Below are positions 50,010 through 61,268 of a stretch of 62,963 bases of DNA, in pieces; the stretch's first letter is position 1, and each line of letters starts with the position of its first letter. The notes under the pieces are model-generated. The model saw only the letters and a program-made list of their open reading frames with translations, was not told the origin of the DNA and did not search any database. Location: positions 1-62,963 of the forward strand of contig JAFTWL010000155.1 in the NCBI GenBank assembly GCA_017465305.1, given 5' to 3'. A program made the translations under genes and the position numbers. Source of the stretch: Ruminococcus sp. Lineage in GTDB: Bacteria; Bacillota; Clostridia; Oscillospirales; Ruminococcaceae.

Positions 50010-51092
50010 TTAATCTCCGAATGATATGCCTATGTTTTTAGCTGTTGTTACAAGCTGACAATCCTTTTCTACAAATTTTGTTTTGCCTGCAATATCCTCA
50101 AGCTTATTAGCAGTGATTTTGCCATTGACCTTTGCAACTGTCATTCCATACTTCTCATCTTTGATTAACTGTGCAGCGTATTCACCGAATTGTGTAGCAA
50201 GTAATCTGTCATATGCACTTGGAGCACCGCCACGAAGCATATGACCTGGAACGCAAACTCTTGCTTCTAAGCCTGTATTTTTTTGAATCTGGGCAGCAAT
50301 ACGATTAGTAGCTGTTGTAATTCCGGCTTCAGCACGTCTTTTAGCACGTTCTTTTTTCTTAAGTTTTGCCTCATCAACATCGAAACATCCCTCAGCAACA
50401 GCAATAATAGAAAAGTTCTTTCCGCTTTTACTTCTCTTTGTAACTGATGCACAGACTTTATCAATATCATAAGGAATTTCAGGTATTAAAATTATATCAG
50501 CACCGCCGGCAATACCAGCGTTGAGTGTAAGCCAACCAGCCTTATTTCCCATAATCTCACAAAGTAAAATTCTTGAATGGCTGTTTGCTGTTGTATGCAA
50601 TCTGTCAATAGCATCAGTTGCAATATCAACAGCAGTATGGAAACCAAAAGTAACATCCGTTCCGAAAATATCATTATCGATAGTTTTTGGAAGTCCGATT
50701 ACATTTAAACCCTCATCAGCAAGCAATTTAGAAGTTTTATGAGTACCGTTTCCACCCAATGTCAGCAGGCAATCTAATTTTTGTGTATGATAAGTGAGCT
50801 TCATATTTTTTACTTTGTCAACATTATCCTCACCGATTACAGTCATCATTTTAAATGGCTGACGTTTTGTGCCAAGAATAGTGCCACCACGTGTAAGGAT
50901 ACCAGAAAAATCTTCTGGTTTCATTTCACGGCAGATATTATGAATAAGACCATAATATCCGTCACATACGCCAATAATTTCAACTTTATCCTGACCAAGC
51001 ATTTCATAACATGCTTTAGCAACACCACGTATAGTTGCATTAAGACCAGGACAGTCTCCGCCACTGGTTAATATACCGATTCGTTTTTTCAT
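50010..51092 (-). CDS. pfkA: 6-phosphofructokinase
   Basis: TSGGDCPGLNA, GGTILGT, GGNGT, PKTIDND, EIMG, GH.LRGG. Confidence 0.93.
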   Translation of the reverse strand: MKKRIGILTSGGDCPGLNATIRGVAKACYEMLGQDKVEIIGVCDGYYGLIHNICREMKPEDFSGILTRGGTILGTKRQPFKMMTVIGEDNVDKVKNMKLTYHTQKLDCLLTLGGNGTHKTSKLLADEGLNVIGLPKTIDNDIFGTDVTFGFHTAVDIATDAIDRLHTTANSHSRILLCEIMGNKAGWLTLNAGIAGGADIILIPEIPYDIDKVCASVTKRSKSGKNFSIIAVAEGCFDVDEAKLKKKERAKRRAEAGITTATNRIAAQIQKNTGLEARVCVPGHMLRGGAPSAYDRLLATQFGEYAAQLIKDEKYGMTVAKVNGKITANKLEDIAGKTKFVEKDCQLVTTAKNIGISFGD

Positions 51093-51305
51093 AGAAAAAC
51101 CTCCCTTGTTTAACTTATGTTTTTATATAATATTTTATAGTATGATACCACAAAATTTAATTAAGATACAATTAATATATTTAAAATTATATCATCTTTA
51201 ATTAGTTATGTCAATATAACAATGTAAATTGATAATTAGTTTTGTAGCTTGACATGGTGAATTATATATAGTAAAATATAAAAATAAAACAGATAATAAG
51301 AAAGG

Positions 51306-52199
51306 ATGTGTTTTTGCTTGAATAGATTGAAGAAAAAATTTAAAATTATAGGGGTTATTATAATTTTATTGCTTTTAGTAATAAGCATTATATTTAATAT
51401 ATATTATGTTTTCTTTAGCAGAAGCAGTTATCTGCAAAATGAAGATGAAATATATATCATGGAATCTGGTATTTTAAAAAATAATTTAGAATTTGCTTTA
51501 GGAGAAGATTTTACTTTAAAATATGATTTTGATAATGAAGAATATCCGAAGCTGATTTCTGAATATGAGATTGATAAAATTGCAGGAAAAGAATCTGAAT
51601 TTCAGCAAGCATTGAACTTAATGAATGAATTTGCTCCAAGATTATATCATAAAAGTGATTATGATAACAGCATAGATATGAATGCATTATCTTTACTTGA
51701 GTATAGTTTAGACAATAAAAATCAAGGTATAAATTGCAGAAACAAAGCACAGATTTTAAATGAAATGTGCTTGGCTCTTGGTATATATGCTCGGAAAGTC
51801 TGGATTTATCCATATTCAGGCTATGATAGTGATTGTCATGTTGTAAATGAAGTATGGGATACATCATTAAATAAATGGGTGATGCTTGATATTACAAATA
51901 ATCAATATTGGGTTGATGAAGATAAAACACCACTATCTGTTTTAGAAATTCGTAAGAAGGGGGCTTTGCAGGAATTTTGCACTCCAGTAGAATATAATGA
52001 CAATACGACTGATTTATATAAGCTTAAGGAAAAACATATGGGTGAATTTTTATATATCATGAAAAATATGGTTTATATGGAATACTGTAATACTTATACA
52101 GTTGATGAAACAGTTAGTTATCTTCTTTTTCCAAAAAATCTTACTACAAAATATAAATATATTATATCAGAAAGGTCATGTTTGGAAAGTCCTTTATAA
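51306..52199 (+). CDS. membrane-anchored transglutaminase-like protein
   Basis: N-terminal TM; Cys-His-Asp triad GINCR / CHVVNEVW / WVMLD. Confidence 0.8.
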   Translation: MCFCLNRLKKKFKIIGVIIILLLLVISIIFNIYYVFFSRSSYLQNEDEIYIMESGILKNNLEFALGEDFTLKYDFDNEEYPKLISEYEIDKIAGKESEFQQALNLMNEFAPRLYHKSDYDNSIDMNALSLLEYSLDNKNQGINCRNKAQILNEMCLALGIYARKVWIYPYSGYDSDCHVVNEVWDTSLNKWVMLDITNNQYWVDEDKTPLSVLEIRKKGALQEFCTPVEYNDNTTDLYKLKEKHMGEFLYIMKNMVYMEYCNTYTVDETVSYLLFPKNLTTKYKYIISERSCLESPL

Positions 52200-52211
52200 T
52201 ATTTATAGAAA

Positions 52212-52244
52212 GAAAAGCGGTATCTGTTACAGATACCGCTTTTC
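52212..52244. terminator. bidirectional terminator
   Basis: gaaaagcggtatctgt-t-acagataccgcttttc. Confidence 0.85.
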
Positions 52245-52306
52245 CCTTCTTACTACTCTACTCAATCTTTGAATGTACTAATGTACTTAAAATATAATCA
52301 AAACAT

Positions 52307-52537
52307 TTACTTTACAATAAACTTATCAATAGCCTTCAATAAATCTTCTGGGTCTTCTGTGTGAGCCTGAAGCTTGATAGATTTAGATAAATCCAGACTG
52401 AAAATACCCATAATAGACTTTGCATCTACTGCATAACGACCAGATACCAAATCAATATCATAGTCAAAAAGCATTACAGTATTTACAAATTCCTTTACAT
52501 CGTTAATCGCTTTTAATTCTACAGTTGTTTCATACAT
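52307..52537 (-). CDS. HPr-family protein lacking the His15 motif
   Basis: VDAKSIMGIFSL (Ser46 motif) present; no GLHARP. Confidence 0.85.
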   Translation of the reverse strand: MYETTVELKAINDVKEFVNTVMLFDYDIDLVSGRYAVDAKSIMGIFSLDLSKSIKLQAHTEDPEDLLKAIDKFIVK

Positions 52538-52893
52538 AATAAATTACCTCCTCTAAGGTTTGCTATTATCTCTTCATTTTAACAGTAAAGAGATATTTCT
52601 TCAGCTCTCCACTTCTGAAAAAATCTACCTTCTTTGCTGTTATTCATAGCATACCACGAAAAAATTTTTTTGTCAAGATGATTGAATTATTTTCGTCATT
52701 ATAGTATAATAAAACAAGATAATGGGAGCTTCTTTTTATCCTACTCTTACAAAATGTGTGGTGTATTTGTGATAACCAAAGAAAAGATGTGTTTAAAACA
52801 GAGAAAAAAGAACCTCCACAGTGTTATAATTCTATTATATATGGAATTATAACATAATTTTATTTTATAAAATTCGTAAAGGAGAGTAATTAT

Positions 52894-54216
52894 TTGAATT
52901 GCTATTTCACAACTTTTGGATGTAAAGTAAACACTTCTGAGACTGCTTGTATGCAGGCAGAATTTCATAAACATGGCTTTAAAATAGTATCTGATTCAGA
53001 GCAGGCAGATGTAATTATCTTAAATTCCTGTACTGTAACATCTTCCGGAGACAGCCGAAGCTGTAATGCACTGAAAAAATTAAGACATGAAAATCCTGAT
53101 GCAGTAATTGTTTTAACAGGATGTTTTCCTCAGGCGTTTCCTGAAGAGGCTAAGGCAATTCCAGAAGCTGATATTGTAGTCGGAACAAAAAACAGAAGTG
53201 AAATTATAAAACTTGTTGAAGATTTTATAAATAATAATAATCGGTCATATAAGCATATTGAAGAATATACAGGAGAAGAAAAATTTGAAGTAATGTCAAA
53301 CCCTGAATTTTCAGGAAATACACGTGCATTTATTAAAATACAGGATGGTTGCAATAGTTTCTGTACATATTGTATCATACCATATGCAAGAGGTCGATGC
53401 CGTTCAAAACCACTTTCAGTTCTTAAAACAGAATTATGTGAAATGTCATCAAAAGAATATCATGAGATAGTTTTATGTGGTATCAATCTTGCTTTCTATG
53501 GAATGGAGTGGAAAGGTTCTCTTATAGATGCCATACTTCTTGCATGTGATACAGAAGGTATAGAAAGAGTAAGACTCGGTTCATTAGAACCAGAGCGAAT
53601 CACAGAAGATATGTTGCAAGTGCTGTCAGAACAGCCTAAATTCTGTCGTCAGTTTCATTTGTCATTACAAAGTGGTTGTGACCGTACATTAAAAGCTATG
53701 AACCGACGTTACAATACAAATGAGTATATGGAAATATGTAAGCGTATACGTTATTATATGCCAGACTGTGCTATAACTACAGATGTAATGGTTGGATTTC
53801 CGGATGAAACAGATGATGATTTTAAGGAGACATTAAAATTTATAGAGAAGGTTCAGTTTGCAAATATACATGGATTTCGTTATTCGCCAAGAGAGGGAAC
53901 AAAAGCTGCTGCAATGTCGAATCAGGTTCCTGAACAAATTAAAAGTGAACGTATGGAAATGCTTAAAAAATGCACAAAGAAAATGCACATTGAATTTCTT
54001 AAAAGTCATATTGGAAAAATAGTATCTGTGCTTTTTGAACGTGAAAGAGGAGACGGTTTTCATATAGGTCATGCTAAAGATGGAACAATTGTAAAAGTTC
54101 CAATGAAAAACGAAAAAAAAAGTTTGCGAAAATCAATTTTTTATGTTACAATAGAGAAGAACGATGCAGTATGCTGTTATGGTAGAATTATTTCTGACAG
54201 CAATGCGAATTCATAA
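52894..54216 (+). CDS. mtaB: tRNA t6A37 methylthiotransferase
   Basis: TFGCKVN..E, NSCTVT, TGC, KIQDGCNSFCTYCIIPYARG radical-SAM motif, RLGSLEP. Confidence 0.92.
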   Translation: MNCYFTTFGCKVNTSETACMQAEFHKHGFKIVSDSEQADVIILNSCTVTSSGDSRSCNALKKLRHENPDAVIVLTGCFPQAFPEEAKAIPEADIVVGTKNRSEIIKLVEDFINNNNRSYKHIEEYTGEEKFEVMSNPEFSGNTRAFIKIQDGCNSFCTYCIIPYARGRCRSKPLSVLKTELCEMSSKEYHEIVLCGINLAFYGMEWKGSLIDAILLACDTEGIERVRLGSLEPERITEDMLQVLSEQPKFCRQFHLSLQSGCDRTLKAMNRRYNTNEYMEICKRIRYYMPDCAITTDVMVGFPDETDDDFKETLKFIEKVQFANIHGFRYSPREGTKAAAMSNQVPEQIKSERMEMLKKCTKKMHIEFLKSHIGKIVSVLFERERGDGFHIGHAKDGTIVKVPMKNEKKSLRKSIFYVTIEKNDAVCCYGRIISDSNANS

Positions 54217-54279
54217 TAAAAGCATAAATCAGTGAATTTTTGCTTGTTTAATAAGTTATGCTAAGAAGGAGTACTATTT

Positions 54280-57200
54280 ATGTCTGTTTATCGAATTTAT
54301 GCAGAAAAAAAACCGGAGTTTGCTGTAGAGGCTCAATCAGTTTTAACGGACTTGCAGACAGCACTTCGTATGAATGTTACTAATGTTAGGATTCTTAATC
54401 GTTATGATGCGGATTGTCTTACAGAAGAGGAATTTAACCGAGCAATCCCAACAGTATTTTCAGAACCTGCTGTAGATGTTACATATGATTCAATTCCGGA
54501 ATTGTCAGAAAACCAGCATATATTTGCTGTAGAATATCTTCCAGGTCAGTTTGACCAGCGTGCAGACAGCTGTGCACAATGTATACAATTTCTTCTTCAG
54601 GGAGAAAGATGTCGTGTTCGTACAGCTCAGGTATACATAATTACAGGAGATATTACAGAAGAAGAATTCAAGAAAATAAAATCATATTTAATCAACCCAG
54701 TTGAACGCCGTGAAGCAGATATGGAATTACCTGAAACACTTGACAGTAATTATGAACTTCCGACAACAGTTCGCACACTTGATGGTTTTATTGCTCTTTC
54801 AGAATCTGAACTTGAAAAATTTATTGCTGAATATGGTTTGGCTATGGATTTGGGTGATATTAAGTTCTGTCAGGATTATTTCAAAAATACAGAACATCGT
54901 GACCCTACAATCACAGAAATACGTATGATTGATACTTACTGGTCAGACCACTGTCGTCATACAACATTTCTTACAAATATCCAGAATGCTGAAATTGAAG
55001 CACCTTATATAAAAGAAACATATGATGATTATCTTAGAATCCGCAGTGAACTTGGACGTGAAGACAAGCCAGTTACACTTATGGATATGGCAACACTTGC
55101 AGTTCGTAAACTTAAAGCTGATGGAAAGCTTGATGACCTTGACGAAAGCGAAGAAATCAATGCTTGTTCAGTAAAAATTAAGGTTGATGTTGCCGGAGAA
55201 GAAGAAGACTGGATTCTGATGTTCAAGAATGAAACACATAATCATCCTACAGAAATTGAACCATTTGGTGGTGCAGCTACTTGTCTTGGCGGTGCAATTC
55301 GTGACCCACTTTCAGGTCGTTCTTATGTATATCAGGCAATGCGTGTTACAGGTGCGGCTAATCCTCTTGTACCTGTAGAAGAAACTATTCCAGGAAAACT
55401 TCCACAGAGAAAAATTACTCTTGGGGCAGCATCAGGCTATAGCTCATATGGTAACCAGATAGGTCTTGCAACTGGTCATGTAGCAGAAGTTTATCATAAG
55501 GGTTATATGGCAAAACGTATGGAAATAGGTGCTGTACTTGGAGCAGCTCCAGCTTCTAACATTCGCCGTGAAGCTCCTGTTCCTGGTGATATTGTAATTC
55601 TTCTTGGTGGTAAAACAGGACGTGATGGTTGCGGTGGTGCAACAGGTTCTTCCAAATCACATACATTATCATCTCTGGAATCATGCGGAGCAGAAGTACA
55701 GAAGGGTAATGCACCAGAGGAAAGAAAATTACAGCGTTTATTCCGTAATCCATATGTAACAAATATGATTAAACGTTGTAATGACTTTGGAGCAGGTGGC
55801 GTATCTGTTGCTATTGGTGAACTCACTGACGGACTTGAAATAGATTTAAATGCTGTTCCTAAGAAATATGATGGACTTGATGGTACAGAAATCGCTATAA
55901 GTGAATCACAGGAACGTATGGCTGTTGTTGTAGCAAAAGAAGATGTTGAAAAATTCCTTGTTGAAGCATCAAAGGAAAACCTTGAGGCTACACCTGTCGC
56001 TGTTGTAAAAGAAGAACCACGCTTAAAGATGAACTGGAACGGAAATACTATTGTAAACCTTACAAGAGAATTTTTAAATTCAAATGGTGCTTCTAAATAT
56101 ACAGATATTGTTATTTCAGCACCTGAAACAACAAAGAATGAAGATAAAATTGATTCTGCTGAAAGCTGGGAAGAACTGCTTTCTGATTTGAATGTATGTT
56201 CACAGAAAGGACTTATTGAAACATTTGACTCTACTATCGGAGCAGGTACAGTACTCATGCCATTTGGCGGAGCATATCAGCTTTCACCATCTCAGGCTAT
56301 GGCAGCTAAAATTCCTGTACTTCGTGGTGAAACAAATACATGTTCTCTTATGGGCTGGGGATACAATCCTAATATAAGTGAAAAAAGCCCATATCATGGA
56401 GCAATGTGTGCAGTAGTTGAATCAATAGCTAAGGTGGTCGCAGCAGGCGGAAGCTGGCATCATTGCTGGTTGACATTCCAGGAATATTTTGAACGTACTC
56501 AGAATAATCCTACACGTTGGGGCAAGCCTATGGCAGCACTTCTTGGTGCATTTAAAGCGCAGTTGGAACTTTCATGTGGTTCTATTGGTGGTAAAGACTC
56601 TATGTCAGGTACATTTGAAGATATAGACGTACCTCCTACACTTGTATCATTTGCCGTTTCTACAGCAAAGGCAGATAAAGTTGTATCAACGGAATTTAAG
56701 AAAACAGGAAGCAAGGTTATTTCAGTTCGTCCTGAATATGATAAAAATGGTTTACCTGTATTTGATAGCATCCGTGCTTGTTTTGATAAGGTAGAAAAGA
56801 TTATATCTGATGGCAGAGCAGCTGCTATATGGGCAGTAGACTTTGGCGGTGTTGCCGAAGGTATTGCTAAGATGTGTTTTGGTAATCTTATCGGATTTAA
56901 GTTTACAAAACAGCTTACAGCAGATGAGTTATTTAATCCTTGTTGTGGTGGATTTATTATTGAACTTATCGGCGATGAAATTGATGGTGAAGATGTTATC
57001 GGTGTTACAACATCAGAAAAAACTATTGTTTGCCCTGATTACACATTACAGCTTGAAAAGCTTTTGCAAATCTGGGAAGGCAAATTAGAACCTGTATTCC
57101 ATTGCAGAATCAAGACAACAACAGAAATTCCTGAAACTTATAGTTATAATTCAGAGAAGAAATATACTTCTTCTGTAAAGTCAGCACGTCCACGTGTTCT

Positions 57201-57984
57201 TATACCTGTATTCCCTGGAACAAACTGCGAATATGATACAGCACGTGTATTTGAAAGAGCAGGAGCTGTTGCAGAAACATTTGTAATACGCAATTTATCA
57301 GCTTCTGCAATAGAAGAATCTGTAGATGTTTTTGCTGATTTGATTAAGAATTCTCAGATTATCATGCTTCCAGGTGGATTTAGTGGCGGTGACGAACCAG
57401 AGGGAAGCGGTAAGTTTATTACTGCATTCTTCAGAAATCCTAAGATTATGGATGCTGTACACAATTTACTTCAAAATCGTGATGGCTTAATGCTGGGTAT
57501 CTGTAACGGATTCCAGGCACTGATTAAATTAGGACTTGTACCATTTGGAAATATTCAGGATATGCAGGATAACTCACCAACACTTACATTTAACACAATT
57601 GCACGTCACCAGTCAATGCTTGTAAACACAAGAATTGCATCCAATAAGTCACCATGGTTGTATGGTTGTGAGGTTGGCGATGTTCATACAGTTGCAATTT
57701 CTCACGGAGAAGGTCGTTTTGTTGCACCTAAGGAACTTATTGACCAGCTTGCAGCAAACGGACAGATTGCAACACAATATGTAGATATGGCAGGTAATCC
57801 AACTATGGATATTCATTATAATCCTAATACATCAATGATGGCTATAGAGGGTATTACTTCACCAGATGGCAGAGTATTAGGTAAGATGGGACATAGTGAG
57901 AGAATCGGAACAAATCTTTATAAAAATGTTCCAGGTGAAAAAGACCAGAAGATATTCCAGAGCGGTGTAGCATATTTTAAATAA
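54280..57984 (+). CDS. purL: phosphoribosylformylglycinamidine synthase (fused large form)
   Basis: WSDHCRH, KNETHNHPTE, DFGAGG, SESQERM, FPGTNCE, GICNGFQ, SHGEG, MGHSER. Confidence 0.96.
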   Translation: MSVYRIYAEKKPEFAVEAQSVLTDLQTALRMNVTNVRILNRYDADCLTEEEFNRAIPTVFSEPAVDVTYDSIPELSENQHIFAVEYLPGQFDQRADSCAQCIQFLLQGERCRVRTAQVYIITGDITEEEFKKIKSYLINPVERREADMELPETLDSNYELPTTVRTLDGFIALSESELEKFIAEYGLAMDLGDIKFCQDYFKNTEHRDPTITEIRMIDTYWSDHCRHTTFLTNIQNAEIEAPYIKETYDDYLRIRSELGREDKPVTLMDMATLAVRKLKADGKLDDLDESEEINACSVKIKVDVAGEEEDWILMFKNETHNHPTEIEPFGGAATCLGGAIRDPLSGRSYVYQAMRVTGAANPLVPVEETIPGKLPQRKITLGAASGYSSYGNQIGLATGHVAEVYHKGYMAKRMEIGAVLGAAPASNIRREAPVPGDIVILLGGKTGRDGCGGATGSSKSHTLSSLESCGAEVQKGNAPEERKLQRLFRNPYVTNMIKRCNDFGAGGVSVAIGELTDGLEIDLNAVPKKYDGLDGTEIAISESQERMAVVVAKEDVEKFLVEASKENLEATPVAVVKEEPRLKMNWNGNTIVNLTREFLNSNGASKYTDIVISAPETTKNEDKIDSAESWEELLSDLNVCSQKGLIETFDSTIGAGTVLMPFGGAYQLSPSQAMAAKIPVLRGETNTCSLMGWGYNPNISEKSPYHGAMCAVVESIAKVVAAGGSWHHCWLTFQEYFERTQNNPTRWGKPMAALLGAFKAQLELSCGSIGGKDSMSGTFEDIDVPPTLVSFAVSTAKADKVVSTEFKKTGSKVISVRPEYDKNGLPVFDSIRACFDKVEKIISDGRAAAIWAVDFGGVAEGIAKMCFGNLIGFKFTKQLTADELFNPCCGGFIIELIGDEIDGEDVIGVTTSEKTIVCPDYTLQLEKLLQIWEGKLEPVFHCRIKTTTEIPETYSYNSEKKYTSSVKSARPRVLIPVFPGTNCEYDTARVFERAGAVAETFVIRNLSASAIEESVDVFADLIKNSQIIMLPGGFSGGDEPEGSGKFITAFFRNPKIMDAVHNLLQNRDGLMLGICNGFQALIKLGLVPFGNIQDMQDNSPTLTFNTIARHQSMLVNTRIASNKSPWLYGCEVGDVHTVAISHGEGRFVAPKELIDQLAANGQIATQYVDMAGNPTMDIHYNPNTSMMAIEGITSPDGRVLGKMGHSERIGTNLYKNVPGEKDQKIFQSGVAYFK

Positions 57985-58041
57985 GACAAAGAGTTTACAT
58001 TTTCAAAAAGTTTTTTCGATGCAGCGGTTTTTTCAAAAAAT

Positions 58042-58245
58042 GGCGGCGAGTCGCCGCAGACAAGCCGCCGTTCGGCGTTGCTACCATAAAAAAGTCTTTT
58101 TGATGAATAATAACCGCATTTGCTTTTGTGAATCATGGAAGGTATATCCTTTAGATAGTGAATTTTTTTAATGGGAGTAGAAGCAAATACGGTAAAAGTT
58201 AAGCTTTACATTTAACACTGAACGAGCGACAGCGAGAACGTTCGA
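58042..58245. repeat. cluster of short GC-rich palindromes (REP-like)
   Basis: gcggcgagtcgccgc, cgccgttcggcg, gaacg...cgttc; cggcgagtcgc also occurs reverse-complemented at 12711-12721. Confidence 0.5.
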
Positions 58246-58357
58246 AATGGCGAAGAATAGACAAATAGACATTGTAATTTTTGAGTTTGCATTACAACAA
58301 TAATTCTATTACTTACTATATTTGCATATAATCTATAATAAAAAATGAAAGGAATAT

Positions 58358-59521
58358 ATGCAGATGAAAAGAAGAATTGCTTTTACACTCAGCTTTCTTC
58401 CGATACTTTTTATAATTTTTATAATAACAGCTATTTTAAAAACAGTTGTATATGCTGAATCAGAAGAAATGCCTGAAACTTCTTCATCGTATGTCTTAAT
58501 AGAGTGTGAAACTGGTACTGTACTGAACGGAAAGAATGAAAATGAAAAATTGCCTGTCGGTACTCTTGTAAAGCTTATGACAGTTTTACTTACAGCTGAA
58601 AAAATTGAAGATGGCACATGGACAATGGATACAGTTTTAACAGCTACAGATTGTGTTACAGGAATAAAAGGTGCTGTGATATGGCTTGTATCCGGAGAAA
58701 CAATGACAGTAAGGGACTTGCTGAAAGGCGTTATTATAGGAAATGCCAATGATGCAGTTGCTGTACTTGCTGAAAATGTAAGCGGAAGTCAGGAAGCTTT
58801 TGTTATGGATATGAATGCACGTGCCTTTGACTTAGGCATGAAGAATACAGTATTTACAAATCCTCAGGGCTATGATGACCCTGCACAGTTTTCTACTGCC
58901 TATGATATATCCCTTATTTGTCGAAAGTTATATTCATATGATTTTTTGAATGAATTTTTTAATACATGGCGTGATTTTTTACGTGGAGAAGATACTGAAT
59001 TAGTAAGCGAAAATACACTGATACGTACATATGATGGTCATATAGGTTGGAAGGCAAGCCATACAGAAGCTTCTGGCTGGTGTGTTGCTGAGGGAGCAGA
59101 GAGAAACGGCATGATATGTATTACTGTAGTTCTTGGTTCTACAGAAGATGAACGTTTTCAGCTTTGCAAAAAACTTTTGTCAAAGGGATTTTCTTCTTAC
59201 AAGGTAACACTTCCAAGTTTTTCTACAGAATTTTTAAAGCCTGTTTCTGTACATGGTGGTGTTGACAGAGCCGTCTGTATAACTGCAAATAATTTAATAG
59301 GATTAGTTGTTCCGAAAAATAATCCAGAACTTAAAACTGTTATGGTTTTACCTAATTATATAAATGCACCTGTTTCTAAGGGAAGAAAAATCGGGATAGT
59401 TGCATTCTATCAGGGTGATACACTTTTATATGAAACAGAGATTATTACTACAGATGAAGTAGAAGAAATGACTTTACAGATTGCATTTAAAAAAATGATA
59501 GACAAAATGCTCAAAATATAG
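58358..59521 (+). CDS. DacF-like D-alanyl-D-alanine carboxypeptidase homologue with altered active-site motifs
   Basis: Peptidase S11 scaffold (ANDA, MN.RA..LGMKNT.F.NP.G, STAYD) but SxxK reads TLVK, SxN reads NAN, KTG reads KAS. Confidence 0.88.
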   Translation: MQMKRRIAFTLSFLPILFIIFIITAILKTVVYAESEEMPETSSSYVLIECETGTVLNGKNENEKLPVGTLVKLMTVLLTAEKIEDGTWTMDTVLTATDCVTGIKGAVIWLVSGETMTVRDLLKGVIIGNANDAVAVLAENVSGSQEAFVMDMNARAFDLGMKNTVFTNPQGYDDPAQFSTAYDISLICRKLYSYDFLNEFFNTWRDFLRGEDTELVSENTLIRTYDGHIGWKASHTEASGWCVAEGAERNGMICITVVLGSTEDERFQLCKKLLSKGFSSYKVTLPSFSTEFLKPVSVHGGVDRAVCITANNLIGLVVPKNNPELKTVMVLPNYINAPVSKGRKIGIVAFYQGDTLLYETEIITTDEVEEMTLQIAFKKMIDKMLKI

Positions 59522-59809
59522 GGTTTATTTTAGCTATTTGTAACAAGAAATAGAGAATACTCTTGCATTTCTTTCGAAAATATAGTATTATGTTATGTGT
59601 GGTAGATTAGTTTCAGTTACTGGTTTCCACTTAATAAATTGCAATATATTTCACCGTCATTTTAATTTATATTTTGATTGATATACAGGTGAATAAAAAA
59701 TATTATGAAAGGAAAAGCTGCTTATAAGTAAATATATAGGTATTGTTTAAAATACTTGTTTTGAAAATATATTTTTTGATATATTATTAAGCAGCAGGGA
59801 TTAAAAATT

Positions 59810-61144
59810 ATGTCTTTAAAGCTAAATACAAAATATCTTGCTGATTTTGTAGGCGAAGATGAATTAAAAGGAATTGCACATCAGGTAGAAGCATCAGCTA
59901 AAATGTTGCATGAAAAAACAGGTCTGGGAAGTGATTATCTTGGATGGCTCACACTTCCTACAGATTATGATAAAGAAGAATTTGAGAGAATTCAGGCAGC
60001 AGCAAAGAAGATTCAGAGCAATTCTGAAATTCTGATTGTTATAGGTATAGGTGGTTCTTACCTCGGTGCAAGAGCTGCAATTGAATTCCTGAAATCATCC
60101 CTTTACAACAACAAGAAGAAGGATACACCTGAAATTTACTATGTTGGTAACAGTATCAATCCTTCTTATCTCAATGAAGTAATTGAACTTTGTAAGGATA
60201 GAGATTTCTCTGTAAATGTTATTTCCAAGTCTGGTACAACTACAGAACCAGCTCTTGCATTCCGTATCTTCAAGAAGCTTGTAGAAGATAAGTATGGCAA
60301 GGATGGTGCAAAGGACAGAATTTTTGCTACAACTGATAAGGCAAAGGGTACACTCAAGAGCCTTTCTGATACAGAAGGTTATGAAACATTCGTTGTACCT
60401 GATGATGTAGGCGGTCGTTTCTCAGTTCTTACAGCTGTAGGACTTCTTCCAATTGCAGTTGCAGGTTGTGACATCAAGGCTCTTATGGATGGTGCAGCAC
60501 AGGCTCAGAGTGACTATATGGCTGACTTTGAAAATAATGACTGCTATAAATACGCTGCCCTCAGAAATATCCTTTACAGAAAGGGTAAGTCTGTAGAAAT
60601 GCTCGTTTCATATGACCCTAATTTCGTTATGATGTCAGAATGGTACAAGCAATTATTCGGTGAGAGCGAAGGCAAGGACAACAAGGGTATATTCCCATCA
60701 GCAGGTGTATTCTCTACTGATTTACACTCTATGGGTCAGTATATTCAGGAAGGTTCAAGAATCCTTTTTGAAACTGTTGTTGACATTAAGAAGCCAGCTA
60801 CAGATTTATTCCTGGAAGAAGATGCAGAAAATTTAGATGGTCTTAACTTCCTCACAAATCAGAACATGTCTGTTGTAAACAGAAAAGCTCTTGAAGGTGT
60901 AATTCTTGCTCATACAGAAGGCGGAGTTCCTAATATGATTCTTGAATTAGAAGATACTTCAGAAAAGAGTCTTGGCTATCTGATTTACTTCTTTGAAAAG
61001 GCATGTGCTATTTCAGGTTATCTCCTTGGTGTAAATCCATTCAACCAGCCAGGTGTTGAAAGCTATAAAAAGAATATGTTTGCTCTTCTTGGTAAGCCAG
61101 GTTATGAAGACCAGAAGGCAGCATTAGAGGCAAAACTGGGATAA
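59810..61144 (+). CDS. pgi: glucose-6-phosphate isomerase
   Basis: [49 protein letters not shown]. Confidence 0.97.
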   Translation: MSLKLNTKYLADFVGEDELKGIAHQVEASAKMLHEKTGLGSDYLGWLTLPTDYDKEEFERIQAAAKKIQSNSEILIVIGIGGSYLGARAAIEFLKSSLYNNKKKDTPEIYYVGNSINPSYLNEVIELCKDRDFSVNVISKSGTTTEPALAFRIFKKLVEDKYGKDGAKDRIFATTDKAKGTLKSLSDTEGYETFVVPDDVGGRFSVLTAVGLLPIAVAGCDIKALMDGAAQAQSDYMADFENNDCYKYAALRNILYRKGKSVEMLVSYDPNFVMMSEWYKQLFGESEGKDNKGIFPSAGVFSTDLHSMGQYIQEGSRILFETVVDIKKPATDLFLEEDAENLDGLNFLTNQNMSVVNRKALEGVILAHTEGGVPNMILELEDTSEKSLGYLIYFFEKACAISGYLLGVNPFNQPGVESYKKNMFALLGKPGYEDQKAALEAKLG

Positions 61145-61268
61145 TCTCCCGTTCACTGCTGTATACGTCATGAGAAATTATATTTTATATTTCTTATATT
61201 GTCGTATAACAATAGATATAAATAAAAAATTATGAATGTGTCTGTATGACACGAAAGGAGAATTCTAT

